Numbered from the stretch's first letter, positions 1-10,122 are shown. The stretch is DNA of 64,000 nt from Candidatus Aminicenantes bacterium (GCA_963702005.1 OY969696.1:2560001-2624000); one strand, 5' to 3'. Notes: generated by a model from the sequence alone, not told the origin. Made by a program: numbers and translations.

Positions 1-14
1 CGCCTCCCCTTATA

Positions 15-43
15 TTGACAACCCCCTTTGATCAGTTTAAAGT
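15..43 (+). promoter_or_regulatory. sigma70-type promoter upstream of tRNA-Gly
   Basis: TTGACA (15-20), 17-bp spacer, TAAAGT (38-43), about 35 bp before the tRNA. Confidence 0.7.
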
Positions 44-79
44 CATAAACGACGCCCGGCCGCCGAACCGGATGAGAGG

Positions 80-152
80 GCGGGCATAACTCAGCTGGTA
101 GAGTGCGAGCTTCCCAAGCTCGATGTCGCGGGTTCGAACCCCGTTGCCCGCT
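80..152 (+). tRNA. tRNA-Gly (CCC)
   Basis: Acceptor stem GCGGGCA/TGCCCGC, D-arm CTCAGCTGGTAGAG, anticodon arm CGAGC-TTCCCAA-GCTCG, T-loop GGTTCGAACCC; CCA not encoded. Confidence 0.96.
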
Positions 153-215
153 CTCTCGCCCGGTCGCCGGGCGTTTGCGTTTGGGGAGGATCGGAGCGAT
201 CTCGGCTGAAAGGGA

Positions 216-1040
216 TTGGCGGTGACGGATTGGTCGTTCATCCTGGAGCCCGTTCCGCTCAAGGGCGCCCTCAACATGGCGGTCGACGAGGTCCTCTTTC
301 GCTCGTTGGGCGCCGAAAGCCGAACGTGTCTTCGTTTCTATGCCTGGGAGCGTCCGACCGCGTCCCTCGGCTGCGGCCAGCCTGCCGAGGATGTCGTCGA
401 CGCCGGGGCCTGCCGAGACCTGGGCGTCGACATCGTCCGAAGGATCACGGGCGGCAAACTCGTTCTCCATCACCAAGAGTTAACCTATTCCATCTGCTCT
501 TCGGACGCGGGATTGTTTTCGGCGACGCTCCGGGCGTCCTACCGGTTGATCTCTCTGGGGCTCATCCGCGGCCTGGAGAAATTGGGTCTGCAAGCCGCCC
601 TGGCGGGGGCAACGCCGCAATTCTACAAGCGCGGCCTTTATCCCTGTTTCACGTCCCCGGCCGCCGATGAAGTCGAATGCCGGGGCCGAAAGATCGTGGG
701 GAGCGCCCAAAAGAGGGTCGGGACGAAGTTTCTCCAACACGGATCCATCCCCCTCCGGGACACGACGGCGCTCCTCAAAGCCATTTCCCGGCCGGCCGCC
801 GGCGGTCCCGAGCCGGGTCCATCCGGTCTCGATGGAGTTCTGGGACGCGCCGTCGCTTTCGAGGAACTGGCCGGCCGTTTGGCGGAGGGGCTGGCCGAGT
901 GCTTCGAAGTCCGGCTCATACCCGCCGTCCTGTCTGGGGCCGAAAAGGACGAAGTCGAAAGGATCCGCCGCGAACGGTACGACAACGACGAGTGGACGTT
1001 CCGGAAGGCCGAGCCGCCTCGGTTGATTTTTTCGGGATGA
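216..1040 (+). CDS. Lipoate-protein ligase A / octanoyltransferase LipM family
   Basis: NMAVDE, LRFYAW..PTASLG, VRRITGGKLVLH, KIVGSAQ and QHGSI motifs. Confidence 0.88.
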   Translation: MAVTDWSFILEPVPLKGALNMAVDEVLFRSLGAESRTCLRFYAWERPTASLGCGQPAEDVVDAGACRDLGVDIVRRITGGKLVLHHQELTYSICSSDAGLFSATLRASYRLISLGLIRGLEKLGLQAALAGATPQFYKRGLYPCFTSPAADEVECRGRKIVGSAQKRVGTKFLQHGSIPLRDTTALLKAISRPAAGGPEPGPSGLDGVLGRAVAFEELAGRLAEGLAECFEVRLIPAVLSGAEKDEVERIRRERYDNDEWTFRKAEPPRLIFSG

Positions 1041-1077
1041 AGTGTTAGGATTGTCGCGGGTTCGGAGATCGGCCGCC

Positions 1078-1996
1078 ATGAATGAGATCGACGAGCTCTC
1101 CAAGCTCGACATTAAAACGCTCCCGCCGCTGCGGACGCTGCTCTTGGACGACCTTCATCAGAAGGTCCTCAAGAATCTTCACCTCGAGGTGGGCGCGGGC
1201 CCCATCCTCTACCTCCTGTCGCCCTCCTATTCGGTCCTCAACCCGGAGCCAAGCGAACGGGTCACCGACTTCATCACAAAGAAGGAAGCTCTTCTCGACT
1301 ACCTAAAGGAATCCATCATCCAGAGCCTGGCCCTCTATTCGGCCCTGCTCCCCGTCAACAGCTATTTCGTCGAGCAGAACAACCATCTTGTCCTGGCACG
1401 GCTCCAGGACAAGGACGCGGAGGCCCGGAGGTTCGAGGTCAAGTTCTACACCCATTCCCCCCTCGAGCTCCTCTCCCACTACGAGGACAAGATCTATATC
1501 GGCCGGGATTTCATCGATCTTTTCAACTTCAAGCGGAAGTATTTCGGCATCCGCGAGCTCATCCTGTCCCTCCAGGACGAGAACGAGGTCCTGATCGATC
1601 GGGCCCAGAACAGGCTCAAGAACGCCCTCGAGTACAAATCCTATTTTCAGGAGATCAAGGAATCGGTCGGCGAGCTCGTCGGCGAGAGCCGGGCCGCCCT
1701 CGAGTCCTTGCCCCCCTACCCGGACCCGGCGAAAATGTCGGCGGCCGACCTCATCGATATTAACGCCCAGTACCGGATTCTCAACCATTACATCATCGAA
1801 CTCCACGACGAGGTCGCGGAGTTCGAAGAACCTCCTCCACTTCCGGAAGGAGATCGACTTCGTCCGCTACGTCACGAAATACAAGAAGGACGTCACCAAC
1901 CTCATCTCCTACTTCAACATCAAGATCAACGGGTTCTTCTCCCAGCGGATCAGCGGCTTCAAGGGCAAGCACGCCCGAGCGGCTAGTCTTCGATGA
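1078..1996 (+). pseudogene. Hypothetical alpha-helical protein with an apparent +1 frameshift near 1825-1828
   Basis: Genome-typical codon usage up to EVAEFE. It continues as NLLHFRKEIDFVRYVTKYKKDVTNLISYFNIKING in the adjacent frame to TGA at 1994-1996, while the ORF-track frame turns into P/Q/R-rich junk. Confidence 0.6.
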
Positions 1997-3281
1997 TGAT
2001 GTCCTCGTAGGTCGTGGCCAAGGTTATGGCCGGCTTGCCGACGGCCTCTCCGAACGCCTTCAAGATGAAAGTCCCGTTCCCCTCGGTCTGAGAAGGAGCG
2101 TCGACCTTCCAAGTGACGCGGCCGCCATGGGAGCTCGCCTGGAGGGGATACCGCTCGCCCTTGGGCCAATAAAAGCGGATCCCGGCGTACTCGCCCTGGA
2201 CGTCGACCGGACCGGCCAGCGCGGCCGGCGTCAGGACCAAGTTTCCGTGTGAAAGCCGGACGGTCGTCCGCCCGCTGAACTCGCTGATCTCGACGTCCTC
2301 ATAGGATGTCGTGATCTGGATGTCCGGCCCTCGTAGCTTTTGACAGGTCACGAGCAGGCTCCGTCCGTCGATGCTGACGCTCCCCTGGACCTCGGTCATC
2401 TTGATGCGGCCGTAGGCGTCGCGGATCTCGCATGTCCCTTGAATGTTCGCGGCTTCAACGTCGGAATGGTCGGCCTCGACCCGAACCGGCCCGGCGCCGC
2501 TGAGGTGAATCGGCTCGTAGGAATTAGAGATTTTTATCGGGGAGGGGGAGTCCTGGCCGAGGATTTCGGTGTGGGGCGCGTCGATTTCGACCTCGCCTCC
2601 GACCTTCTGGAAGTCGAGAGTCCCATAGCGATGGAGGAGTTTAAGCTTGCCCTTGACGTCCCGGACGATGACCTTGGAATGGCGGGAATCAACCGCGGCA
2701 TCCGCGCCGCAGCGTTGCAGGTCGACATCCTCATAGCTGTTGACGATCGAAACGGGCCCGCTGATGTCGGCGGCGCTGACCGGTCCATGCGAATTATCGA
2801 CGGACAGGCCGCGAAGGCCGACGGCTGTGACCTTGCCGTAGGAGTTGTCTATGGTCACGGCCATCCGGGCCGGGCAGGTGATCCGGAAGTCCGTTTCGAA
2901 GTTCCTGCGCTTCCTGAACTCGTCCCGGGTCGTGGAAAGGACACTGCGTCCGGGGTCTTTGCGGAGGACGGCCCGCAGGCGGGCGGAGACCGCCCGGGCA
3001 TCCGCTTCGGTCCTGCGATAGATGCGCTTGGCGAGGGTGATCGTGATCCGGTCGGTCTCCCCGCCCTGGATCTCGACCTGACCGTGGGCGTTTTCGACGG
3101 TCAGGTCGTCGGGGAAGGGCGGCTCGACGGTCAGGGTTTCCTGATAGTTGAACTCCTCGGCGTTCCAGAGGATTCCCTCTTCAAAATCCCAGATGATCGG
3201 GAGATTCCCATGCTGGATTTCATGGACTAAGACACCGGCCCCGATGATGAAGAGAAGAAGGATGACCTCTCTGGCTCTCAT
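1983..3281 (-). CDS. DUF4097-type beta-strand repeat membrane-anchored protein
   Basis: N-terminal TM segment; repeated 'v.nsyG.v.' beta-strand units; last gene of the ECF operon. Confidence 0.75.
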   Translation of the reverse strand: MRAREVILLLFIIGAGVLVHEIQHGNLPIIWDFEEGILWNAEEFNYQETLTVEPPFPDDLTVENAHGQVEIQGGETDRITITLAKRIYRRTEADARAVSARLRAVLRKDPGRSVLSTTRDEFRKRRNFETDFRITCPARMAVTIDNSYGKVTAVGLRGLSVDNSHGPVSAADISGPVSIVNSYEDVDLQRCGADAAVDSRHSKVIVRDVKGKLKLLHRYGTLDFQKVGGEVEIDAPHTEILGQDSPSPIKISNSYEPIHLSGAGPVRVEADHSDVEAANIQGTCEIRDAYGRIKMTEVQGSVSIDGRSLLVTCQKLRGPDIQITTSYEDVEISEFSGRTTVRLSHGNLVLTPAALAGPVDVQGEYAGIRFYWPKGERYPLQASSHGGRVTWKVDAPSQTEGNGTFILKAFGEAVGKPAITLATTYEDIIIED

Positions 3282-3284
3282 GGC

Positions 3285-3500
3285 TTAGTCCTTTTCGGCC
3301 CCGCCCTCCGATGAACCCGCGGAGCGCTCCTTGAGGCCGAAATAGAGCTTCCAGCCGCCCCAGAAAATGAGGATGAGGGGCCAGAGCCGGCCCACGCTGT
3401 CCCAGACATCGATGTCGAGGTTGTCCAGGAAAAAGATGAGGCCGATGACGATCAGGATAAGCCCCCAGGCGAGGGGATCGCGTCGTCTGTGTCTGGACAT
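3285..3500 (-). CDS. LiaF-like / DUF5668 small membrane protein
   Basis: WGLILIVIGLIFFLDNL...LWPLILI motif; RBS AGGAGG. Confidence 0.75.
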   Translation of the reverse strand: MSRHRRRDPLAWGLILIVIGLIFFLDNLDIDVWDSVGRLWPLILIFWGGWKLYFGLKERSAGSSEGGAEKD

Positions 3501-3518
3501 GGCTGCCTCCTTATCTCG

Positions 3519-4004
3519 TTAATCTTTGGTCTTGCCCGAAACGTGTTCGAAGACGAGCTTGATGCCGATGACGATGATGAGAATCGGCCAGTATTTCCAA
3601 ATCGAGCCGTAGTCGATGACGTCGAAGTTGCCCAGCAGGAATAGGGCGCCCAAGCCCATCAGGAACAAACCCCAGAAGACGGACCCGGTTTTGAATTCTC
3701 GGCCCGGCTCCTCGGCCTCCTCGTCGGCGTCGGGAGCCGCCAGGGCCTTGCGGTTGATGGCCTTGGCGACCTGGATGGCGTCGATAAGCTGAAAGATGTA
3801 GAACCCGGCCAGGCAGAGCCCGACGAAGGGCTGCATCCGGCCGCTGTCCTGCATGCTGACCAGGCCGGCGAAAACCAGGATATAAACCAGCCCCTTCAGG
3901 TATTGGCCCAGATAGAGGAATCCCGTCCCGGGGAAGATAGCGGACAGGATGCCGGCGGCCGCCGGGGATTTCGGCGGTGTTTTGACGATAACTTTCTGTT
4001 CCAT
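3519..4004 (-). CDS. TM2-like plus DUF5668 membrane protein
   Basis: KSP..AGILS..PGTG.LYLGQ..KG N-terminus; GLFLMGLG.LFLL..F....WKYWPILII C-terminus. Confidence 0.7.
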   Translation of the reverse strand: MEQKVIVKTPPKSPAAAGILSAIFPGTGFLYLGQYLKGLVYILVFAGLVSMQDSGRMQPFVGLCLAGFYIFQLIDAIQVAKAINRKALAAPDADEEAEEPGREFKTGSVFWGLFLMGLGALFLLGNFDVIDYGSIWKYWPILIIVIGIKLVFEHVSGKTKD

Positions 4005-4019
4005 TGTCTTTACCTCCGT

Positions 4020-4526
4020 TTATTTTTTGCGCTCCTCGTCGCCGCCCAGGAGCTTGGAGCTCTTGACGGAGTCGAGGACGCTGCTTGTCATTTCACCCAG
4101 CCGGCCCGTCAGGCCCTCGGCGCGGGCATAGAGCTTCTCGACCTGGCCGTAGGCGAGGTGGACCCGGCGGCTGAGGGAGCGGTCGATGAGCTTCCGATTC
4201 GGGTGGAAGGCGTACATCGAGGCCATGATGAGGACGGCCGACAGAACGGCCAGGGCCGGTTGGAGCCTGGGCAGGAAGAATCGGTTCAGCCGGACGAAAA
4301 ACGGCTTCTTCGTCTCGGGTATGGCGTAGAGCTCGGCCAGGAGGGCGGGATTGATTCCGGCCTCGGGGAAGGAAGCCAAAGCGGCCCGGCTCTCGCCCAT
4401 CAAGGCCAGGAGCTCGCGGCAATCCGGGCATCCGGCGAGGTGGCTCTCGATCCGGGACCGTTCGGCCGCGGTCGGCTCGCCGTCCAGGAGGGCGGAGAAT
4501 GACTCTCGGATGGCGTCACAGGTCAT
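4020..4526 (-). CDS. Zinc-binding (zf-HC2) anti-sigma factor
   Basis: MTC...SALLDGE...HLAGCPDC (HxxxCxxC) plus TM helix; overlaps the sigma factor gene. Confidence 0.88.
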   Translation of the reverse strand: MTCDAIRESFSALLDGEPTAAERSRIESHLAGCPDCRELLALMGESRAALASFPEAGINPALLAELYAIPETKKPFFVRLNRFFLPRLQPALAVLSAVLIMASMYAFHPNRKLIDRSLSRRVHLAYGQVEKLYARAEGLTGRLGEMTSSVLDSVKSSKLLGGDEERKK

Positions 4527-5076
4527 GGCATTCTCCCTTCTGTTCCTTCAGCGCCATCGCCAACTGCAGCCGGCCCCGGTTGATCCGGGACTTGACCGTC
4601 CCCAGGGGAAGGTCGAGGATCTCGGCCGTCTCTTCGTAGGATTTGTCTTGGATGTCCCTGAGGATGACGGCCATCCGGGTTTCCGGGGTGAGCCCGGCCA
4701 AGGCCTTCCAGAGCATCTTCTTGCGCTCTTCGCGGACCAGGTCCCGTTCGGGGTTGCTTTTGGATTCGGTCCGGTATAGGACGTCCTCGAAGTCGTCCCG
4801 GTTGGCCTTTTCCCATTTGGACTTCCTGTAGACGTCGATGAGGTGGTTCTTGGCCAGCGTCAAGAGCCAGGCGGCGAAGCTCTTGGAAGAGTCGTACTTG
4901 GGAAGAACGCCGTGAAGCTTGAGGAAAATATCCTGGGTCAGATCCTCGGCCTCCTGGTAGCTGCCGCAGAACTGGTAGGCCAGGTTGAAGACCCGTTTGG
5001 AATAAGTGTTCACCAGCGTCTCCCAGGCTCCTTGTTCGCCTTTTAAACATCCTTCGATCAACGTCTTGTCCTGCAC
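4516..5076 (-). CDS. ECF RNA polymerase sigma factor (SigW/RpoE-like)
   Basis: AEDLTQDIFLK, F.AWL, SYEETAEILDLPLGTVKSRINRGR. Confidence 0.93.
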   Translation of the reverse strand: MQDKTLIEGCLKGEQGAWETLVNTYSKRVFNLAYQFCGSYQEAEDLTQDIFLKLHGVLPKYDSSKSFAAWLLTLAKNHLIDVYRKSKWEKANRDDFEDVLYRTESKSNPERDLVREERKKMLWKALAGLTPETRMAVILRDIQDKSYEETAEILDLPLGTVKSRINRGRLQLAMALKEQKGECHDL

Positions 5077-5090
5077 TCACTTCACCCGGA

Positions 5091-5118
5091 TAGACGAAAA
5101 TGGCGCTTATAAAGTTCC
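5091..5118 (-). promoter_or_regulatory. Putative autoregulated ECF promoter
   Basis: Minus strand GGAAC, 17-bp spacer, CGTCTA directly upstream of the ECF gene. Confidence 0.6.
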
Positions 5119-5235
5119 GTAGCCCAATTCTATTTTTTGGATGCCTCGCCTGTCAACAGCATCCGTCCTGTTTGCCGGGTCGACAGGGACGAGAAAATTG
5201 CGGTAAACTGGGCCGGAACTAGGAGGGAGACCGAA

Positions 5236-7317
5236 ATGACCATTGGGGTTAGAAAAATAATCATCGTCTTGGCCGTACTGGCCGGGATCGTTCAGGGCGC
5301 CTTCGCCGTCAAGCCCATACCGTTCAAAACGGTGTTGTATGGGGTTTCCTATTACTGTGAATACATGCCCTATGAGCGGCTCGAGCAGGACGCTCGTCTG
5401 ATGGAACAGGCCGGGATCAACTTTGTCCGGCTGGGGGAGTCGAGCTGGGGGGTCTTGGAGCCCCGTGACGGGGAATTCGACTTTGCTTGGCTCGACAGGG
5501 TCGTCGAAAGGCTCCACAAGGCAGGGATCAAGGTCATCCTGGGCACGCCGACCTACTCCATTCCGGCTTGGCTATTCCATCTGCACCCCGAGATCCAGGT
5601 CAAACAGGTCAATCAACCCCGGTACACCTACGGCATCCGCCAGATGACGGACTTGACGCACCCGGTCTATCGGCGGTATGCAGAAAGGATCATACGGAAG
5701 CTCGTTGTACATTTTAGGGACCTCCCGGCCATTATCGGCTATCAGCTCGATAACGAGACCCATCCCTCGGGGACGGCCGACGGGCGGGTCCAACTGCTCT
5801 TCCGGGACCGCCTCCAGTCCAAGTTCAAGACTGCCGACGCGCTCAACCGGGCCTGGGGCTTGAATTATTGGGGCCAGCGCATCAACGACTTCGCCGAGCT
5901 GCCGCCCCGGGACGGCGCCCTAAACCCGGGATACAAGCTCGAATGGGAACGCTTTCAACAATGGGTCGCCACGGATTTTCTGGCTTGGCAGGCGGGGATC
6001 GTCCGGGAACTGGCCCGGCCCGACCAGTTCATCACCCATGATTTCTGCGGCGGCCTGCCCACGGATGTGGACCACGTCGACATCGCCAAGGCCCTTGACG
6101 TCACGGCCGTCAATATTTACCACGGCGTCCAGGACAACCTCAACGGCGAGGAGATCGCCTTCTCGGGCGACCTGCACCGTTCACTCAATAAGGGCAATTA
6201 CCTCGTTACCGAGACCAACGCCCAGACGATCGGTTGGGACTCGCAAGCTCAGTTTCCACCCTACGACGGGCAGCTCCGCTTGTCGGCCTTCGCCCAGATC
6301 GCCAGCGGCGCCAACCTGGTGGCTTACTGGCACTGGCACTCGCTCCATTATGGACAGGAAACCTACTGGAAGGGAGTTCTGTCCCATGACCTCGAGCCGG
6401 GCCGGGCCTTCGAGGAAGTGAGCCGGATCGCCGCGGACTTGAAGAGGGTGGGGCCCGAGCTCGCGAATCTCAAGAAGAAGAATCGAGTCGCCATCCTCTA
6501 CAGCCTTGATTCGCTCCACGCCTTGAACTTCATGCCTTTCGACGGCGCCGCGAATTATATGACGGTCCTCAACCAGATCTACCGCGCCCTGTACGGGCTC
6601 AACGTGGAGACCGATTTCATCTTTCCGAAGAGCGAGAGCTTAAAAGACTACAACTTGATCGTGGTCCCCCCGCTCTACATCGCGAGCGACGAACTCCTGG
6701 GGCGGTTGGCCGCGTATGTCAAGGACGGCGGCCATCTCCTGATGTCGTTCAAGAGCGGCTTCTGCGATGAGAACTCGACGGTCCGCTGGACCATGGCTCC
6801 GGGACCATTGCGGGAAGCGGCCGGATTTCATTACCAGGAGTTTTCCAACTTAACGAATCCCTTGGCCTTAAAAGGCGATCCGTTCGGCGCCGGGGAGAAC
6901 AATAAGGTTTCGGTTTGGGCGGAGATGATTATCCCTGAGCGGGCGCAGACGTTGGCATTTTACGATCATCCGTTCTTCGGCAGGTATCCGGCGGTCACCA
7001 GAAATACATTCGGGAAAGGGAGCTTGACCTACATGGGAACGTTCCCCTCCGATAAGCTCTTTGAGAAAATCCTTGAGGACACGCTCAAGACGGCGGGCAT
7101 TCCCCTCGAAGATAGAGGATTGCCGCCCTCCATCCGGGTCAGGCGAGGAACGACGGCGGCGGGTCGGCCGGTGGCCTTCTATCTCAATTTTTCCGGCGAG
7201 CGGATTCCCTTCTCCTACGCCGGCGGCAACGGAACCGAGCTCATGTCCGGGCGACCCGTAAAAAGCGGAGAGCTGTTGTCTGTTGCCCCTTGGGATTTTG
7301 TGATTGTCCGGGAATAG
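5236..7317 (+). CDS. Secreted beta-galactosidase, GH42
   Basis: YGVSYYCE, VRLGESSW..LEP, ILGTPTY, QLDNE, YWHWHS; signal peptide; RBS AGGAGG before ATG 5236. Confidence 0.9.
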   Translation: MTIGVRKIIIVLAVLAGIVQGAFAVKPIPFKTVLYGVSYYCEYMPYERLEQDARLMEQAGINFVRLGESSWGVLEPRDGEFDFAWLDRVVERLHKAGIKVILGTPTYSIPAWLFHLHPEIQVKQVNQPRYTYGIRQMTDLTHPVYRRYAERIIRKLVVHFRDLPAIIGYQLDNETHPSGTADGRVQLLFRDRLQSKFKTADALNRAWGLNYWGQRINDFAELPPRDGALNPGYKLEWERFQQWVATDFLAWQAGIVRELARPDQFITHDFCGGLPTDVDHVDIAKALDVTAVNIYHGVQDNLNGEEIAFSGDLHRSLNKGNYLVTETNAQTIGWDSQAQFPPYDGQLRLSAFAQIASGANLVAYWHWHSLHYGQETYWKGVLSHDLEPGRAFEEVSRIAADLKRVGPELANLKKKNRVAILYSLDSLHALNFMPFDGAANYMTVLNQIYRALYGLNVETDFIFPKSESLKDYNLIVVPPLYIASDELLGRLAAYVKDGGHLLMSFKSGFCDENSTVRWTMAPGPLREAAGFHYQEFSNLTNPLALKGDPFGAGENNKVSVWAEMIIPERAQTLAFYDHPFFGRYPAVTRNTFGKGSLTYMGTFPSDKLFEKILEDTLKTAGIPLEDRGLPPSIRVRRGTTAAGRPVAFYLNFSGERIPFSYAGGNGTELMSGRPVKSGELLSVAPWDFVIVRE

Positions 7318-7343
7318 CGAAACGGCGGATATCGGCCTATATC

Positions 7344-7388
7344 AATCCCCTTCGCGGGATCCCACGGACGTAAGTCCGAGGAGCTTCA
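7344..7388 (+). repeat. Solo IS200/IS605-type palindromic element (short form of the 43156-43359 element)
   Basis: AATCCCCTTCGCGGGAT matches the left end and CCCACGGACGTAAGTCCG.GGAGCTTCA matches the right end of the 43.2-kb element. Confidence 0.7.
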
Positions 7389-8447
7389 GTCCGGATGCCG
7401 GTGGCGGTGGTGGCTGTCCGGCCAATGCCCATGGACGTGCTCCAATTCCTCGTGTTCATGCTCGTGAACGTGAGGGGTCGCACTGTCCGCTGTCGGGTGG
7501 CGATGGTCATGATGGCCGTCCCGATGGGTATGGACATGGGTATGGACCGTCTTCTCATGGCGGTGCCGATGGCCGTGCTTTTCCCTGATAACGAGCCAGG
7601 CGCCGGCGGCCATGAGAACAAGGGCCGGAAGCATTAAAGCGTTCGCTGTCTCTTTGAGCAAGATAGGGGAGAGGCCCGCGGCGATGAAGGGCGCCAAACC
7701 GAAGAACGCTCCTGTTCGGGCCGCGCCCCAGCCCTCCAGGGCCTTGATGAAGAAGACGAGACTCAGCCCATAGCTAACGAAACCGAGAACGAGGCCCGAA
7801 GCCAACCGGACATCCAAGGCGGGCCTGATTCCCAGAGCCAGGGCGACCATGAGGGTGATCGATCCGGCGCAGAGCCCTTTGATTCTGGCGACAAGGACGG
7901 GGTCCTTGTCCGATATGTGCCTGGTCAGGTTATTGTCCAGGGCCCAGCAGAACATGGACGCCAGGACAAGGATCGGGCCGGACGGGCTGAGGATTCTTCC
8001 TTCCGAGTCCCAAGATAGGATAACGGCCGCAGCCGTCATAAAGCCTAACGCAGCCCATAGGCGCGGGGCGGCCGGCTCCTTGAATAGGACGACAGCAATC
8101 AGGGCCGTGAACAGCCCTTCCAAGTTGAGGAGCAGGGACGCCGAGAATCCCAAGGTCCGGGTCAGTCCGTACATGAGGAGAATGGGCCCGAGGATGCCGC
8201 CCGCCAGGATGGCTCCCGCCAGCCACCAGCGATCCCGAATTCCAAAGGCGATCACGGGTTTTTTGCGTCCGGGATCAAGGACCTTCTGAGCCCCGGCGAA
8301 GACGGTTAAGCCCGCGAACGCGCCCAGATAGAGGACGGCCGAGAGGACCAGGGGATGGGTCTCTCTGAGAAGGATCTTTGCGAAGGGCGGGCTTAAGCCG
8401 AACAGGACGGCAGCGATAAGGACCTGGATTAGGGGCCGCTTAGTCAT
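7386..8447 (-). CDS. DMT/EamA transporter with His-rich C-terminal tail
   Basis: About 10 TM helices, ASLLLNLE, WALDNNLTR; HxHxH-rich tail ending PDSHHRHRH. Confidence 0.87.
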   Translation of the reverse strand: MTKRPLIQVLIAAVLFGLSPPFAKILLRETHPLVLSAVLYLGAFAGLTVFAGAQKVLDPGRKKPVIAFGIRDRWWLAGAILAGGILGPILLMYGLTRTLGFSASLLLNLEGLFTALIAVVLFKEPAAPRLWAALGFMTAAAVILSWDSEGRILSPSGPILVLASMFCWALDNNLTRHISDKDPVLVARIKGLCAGSITLMVALALGIRPALDVRLASGLVLGFVSYGLSLVFFIKALEGWGAARTGAFFGLAPFIAAGLSPILLKETANALMLPALVLMAAGAWLVIREKHGHRHRHEKTVHTHVHTHRDGHHDHRHPTADSATPHVHEHEHEELEHVHGHWPDSHHRHRHPD

Positions 8448-8456
8448 ATCTGCCGG

Positions 8457-10100
8457 TCAGGGACGCTCCTTGAGGTTTCGAACGGCGGTCTTGGCCGCTC
8501 CCGGCCCCAGTTCGAAGGGAACCTTAGCCTCTCGAAAGTCATTTCCGGCGAGTCCGATGTCACGGCTGCGCTCGCCCCGGACGAGCAGGAAAATGCCGGT
8601 CCCGGGAACGGAACGGCAGTTCCGGACCAGGGCCTTTTCAACGTTGTCCAGGACGACGGCCGGAGCGGCTGCAGGATCGGCCGCGCCGGGCCCGCCCTTG
8701 AAACCGTCGAGGTCCAGGTCCTGGATGTCCTCGAGAGCAAGGGCGCTCCGCCATTGGGCGTAGGCAGGCTTCTCCCAAACTATCTCGACGTCCTTGAGCC
8801 TGAGGTTGCGGGCCCACCGGAAGGAGAGAGCGTGGACGGCCTTGTCGTAGACCGCCCCGGGGTCGTGGGCCACGAAAAGCTTAACGTTGTCGAGAGTCAC
8901 GCCCTCGAGCCAGTTCTCGGGATGGCCGTTGCAGACGCTCGATCCCTTTCCATGGGCGATGACGTTCCGGATCGTCAGATTACGGACCGAGCCGGCCGGC
9001 CGGTCGTCCTCCTTTTTCCAGTTTTTATGGACCTCGCTCCGTTTTTTGACGTTGAAATGGAGCGGATCGCCGTCCCCCCACCAGAACCAGTCGAAGCGAT
9101 TGCATTCGATGGTCAAGTTGGAGAGGATGATGTCGCTGACCTCGCCGCCGTCGAAGTCCATGACGGCGATCCCGCGATTTGAATTGGTGATGACGCAGTT
9201 GTCGACGGTGACCCGGCGTATGGCGTTCATGTTCCCGTCGCAGAACTTAAGGGCGCTCGAGGATGAACTCAGCCGGCAGTTGGTGACCGTGATGTTCTCA
9301 CAGGGCAGGGCCGGGCCGAACCAGTTCATGGAGTAGAAGACGAGGGCGTCGTCGCCCGTCTCAATCGTCGAGTTTGCAATGCGGAGATCCCTGCAGCCGT
9401 CGGGGTCGATCCCGTCGGCCCAGACGCCGTCTCTCTGACTTGATTTAATATAGACGCCGTCGATGATCATCCGCTCGCAGCCGTAGGGATGGATGGTCCA
9501 GGACGGAGAATCGACGAACGACAAGCCCGTGATCCGGACGTCCTTGCAGCGGAGGAGGAGCACGAGCTTTCCGAACTGGTTCGATTTGGGGAAGGAGCGC
9601 AGGAGGGGCTTCCCGGCCCGCTCCTGCATGAGCTGGTTGGGGTAGATGAAGTCGTCATGGAAATCGCCCTTGGGACGCCATTCATACTCTCCTTGCCCGT
9701 CGACGATACCGCGGCCCTCGAGCGTGATGCCCTCCAGGTCTTCTCCGTAGAACAAGGCGTCCTTGTCGAAGGCGGCCTTATTGTTCTTCATGGAGTAGAT
9801 TGTTGCGCCGGCCTCGATGAGGAAGCGGACATGACTTCTAAGGTGGACCGTCCCGGTCGAGTATTCGCCCGGCGGGACATAGACTATGCCGCCGCCAGCG
9901 GCCGCGCAGGCATCGACCGCTTTCTGGAGGGACGGCCGGGCGTCGTCGGATTTGATGCCGGAGGCCCCATAGTGCCGGACGTTGAAAATAGCAGGCGCGC
10001 TGGAGCCCGTCTTGGAGGCCGGCTCCTGAGGCTCCGCGGATATTGCCATGAAAACGGCGACGACGATTCCGGCCGTCATCAGAGTCGAAATTCTCTTCAT
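8457..10100 (-). CDS. Secreted GH28-family (polygalacturonase-like beta-helix) glycoside hydrolase
   Basis: FNVRHYGA, GGG.VYVPPG.Y.TG, SPSWTIH, DGIDPD, TGDDA; signal peptide. Confidence 0.85.
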   Translation of the reverse strand: MKRISTLMTAGIVVAVFMAISAEPQEPASKTGSSAPAIFNVRHYGASGIKSDDARPSLQKAVDACAAAGGGIVYVPPGEYSTGTVHLRSHVRFLIEAGATIYSMKNNKAAFDKDALFYGEDLEGITLEGRGIVDGQGEYEWRPKGDFHDDFIYPNQLMQERAGKPLLRSFPKSNQFGKLVLLLRCKDVRITGLSFVDSPSWTIHPYGCERMIIDGVYIKSSQRDGVWADGIDPDGCRDLRIANSTIETGDDALVFYSMNWFGPALPCENITVTNCRLSSSSSALKFCDGNMNAIRRVTVDNCVITNSNRGIAVMDFDGGEVSDIILSNLTIECNRFDWFWWGDGDPLHFNVKKRSEVHKNWKKEDDRPAGSVRNLTIRNVIAHGKGSSVCNGHPENWLEGVTLDNVKLFVAHDPGAVYDKAVHALSFRWARNLRLKDVEIVWEKPAYAQWRSALALEDIQDLDLDGFKGGPGAADPAAAPAVVLDNVEKALVRNCRSVPGTGIFLLVRGERSRDIGLAGNDFREAKVPFELGPGAAKTAVRNLKERP

Positions 10101-10122
10101 CAGAAACCTCCTTCGCGGCGGA

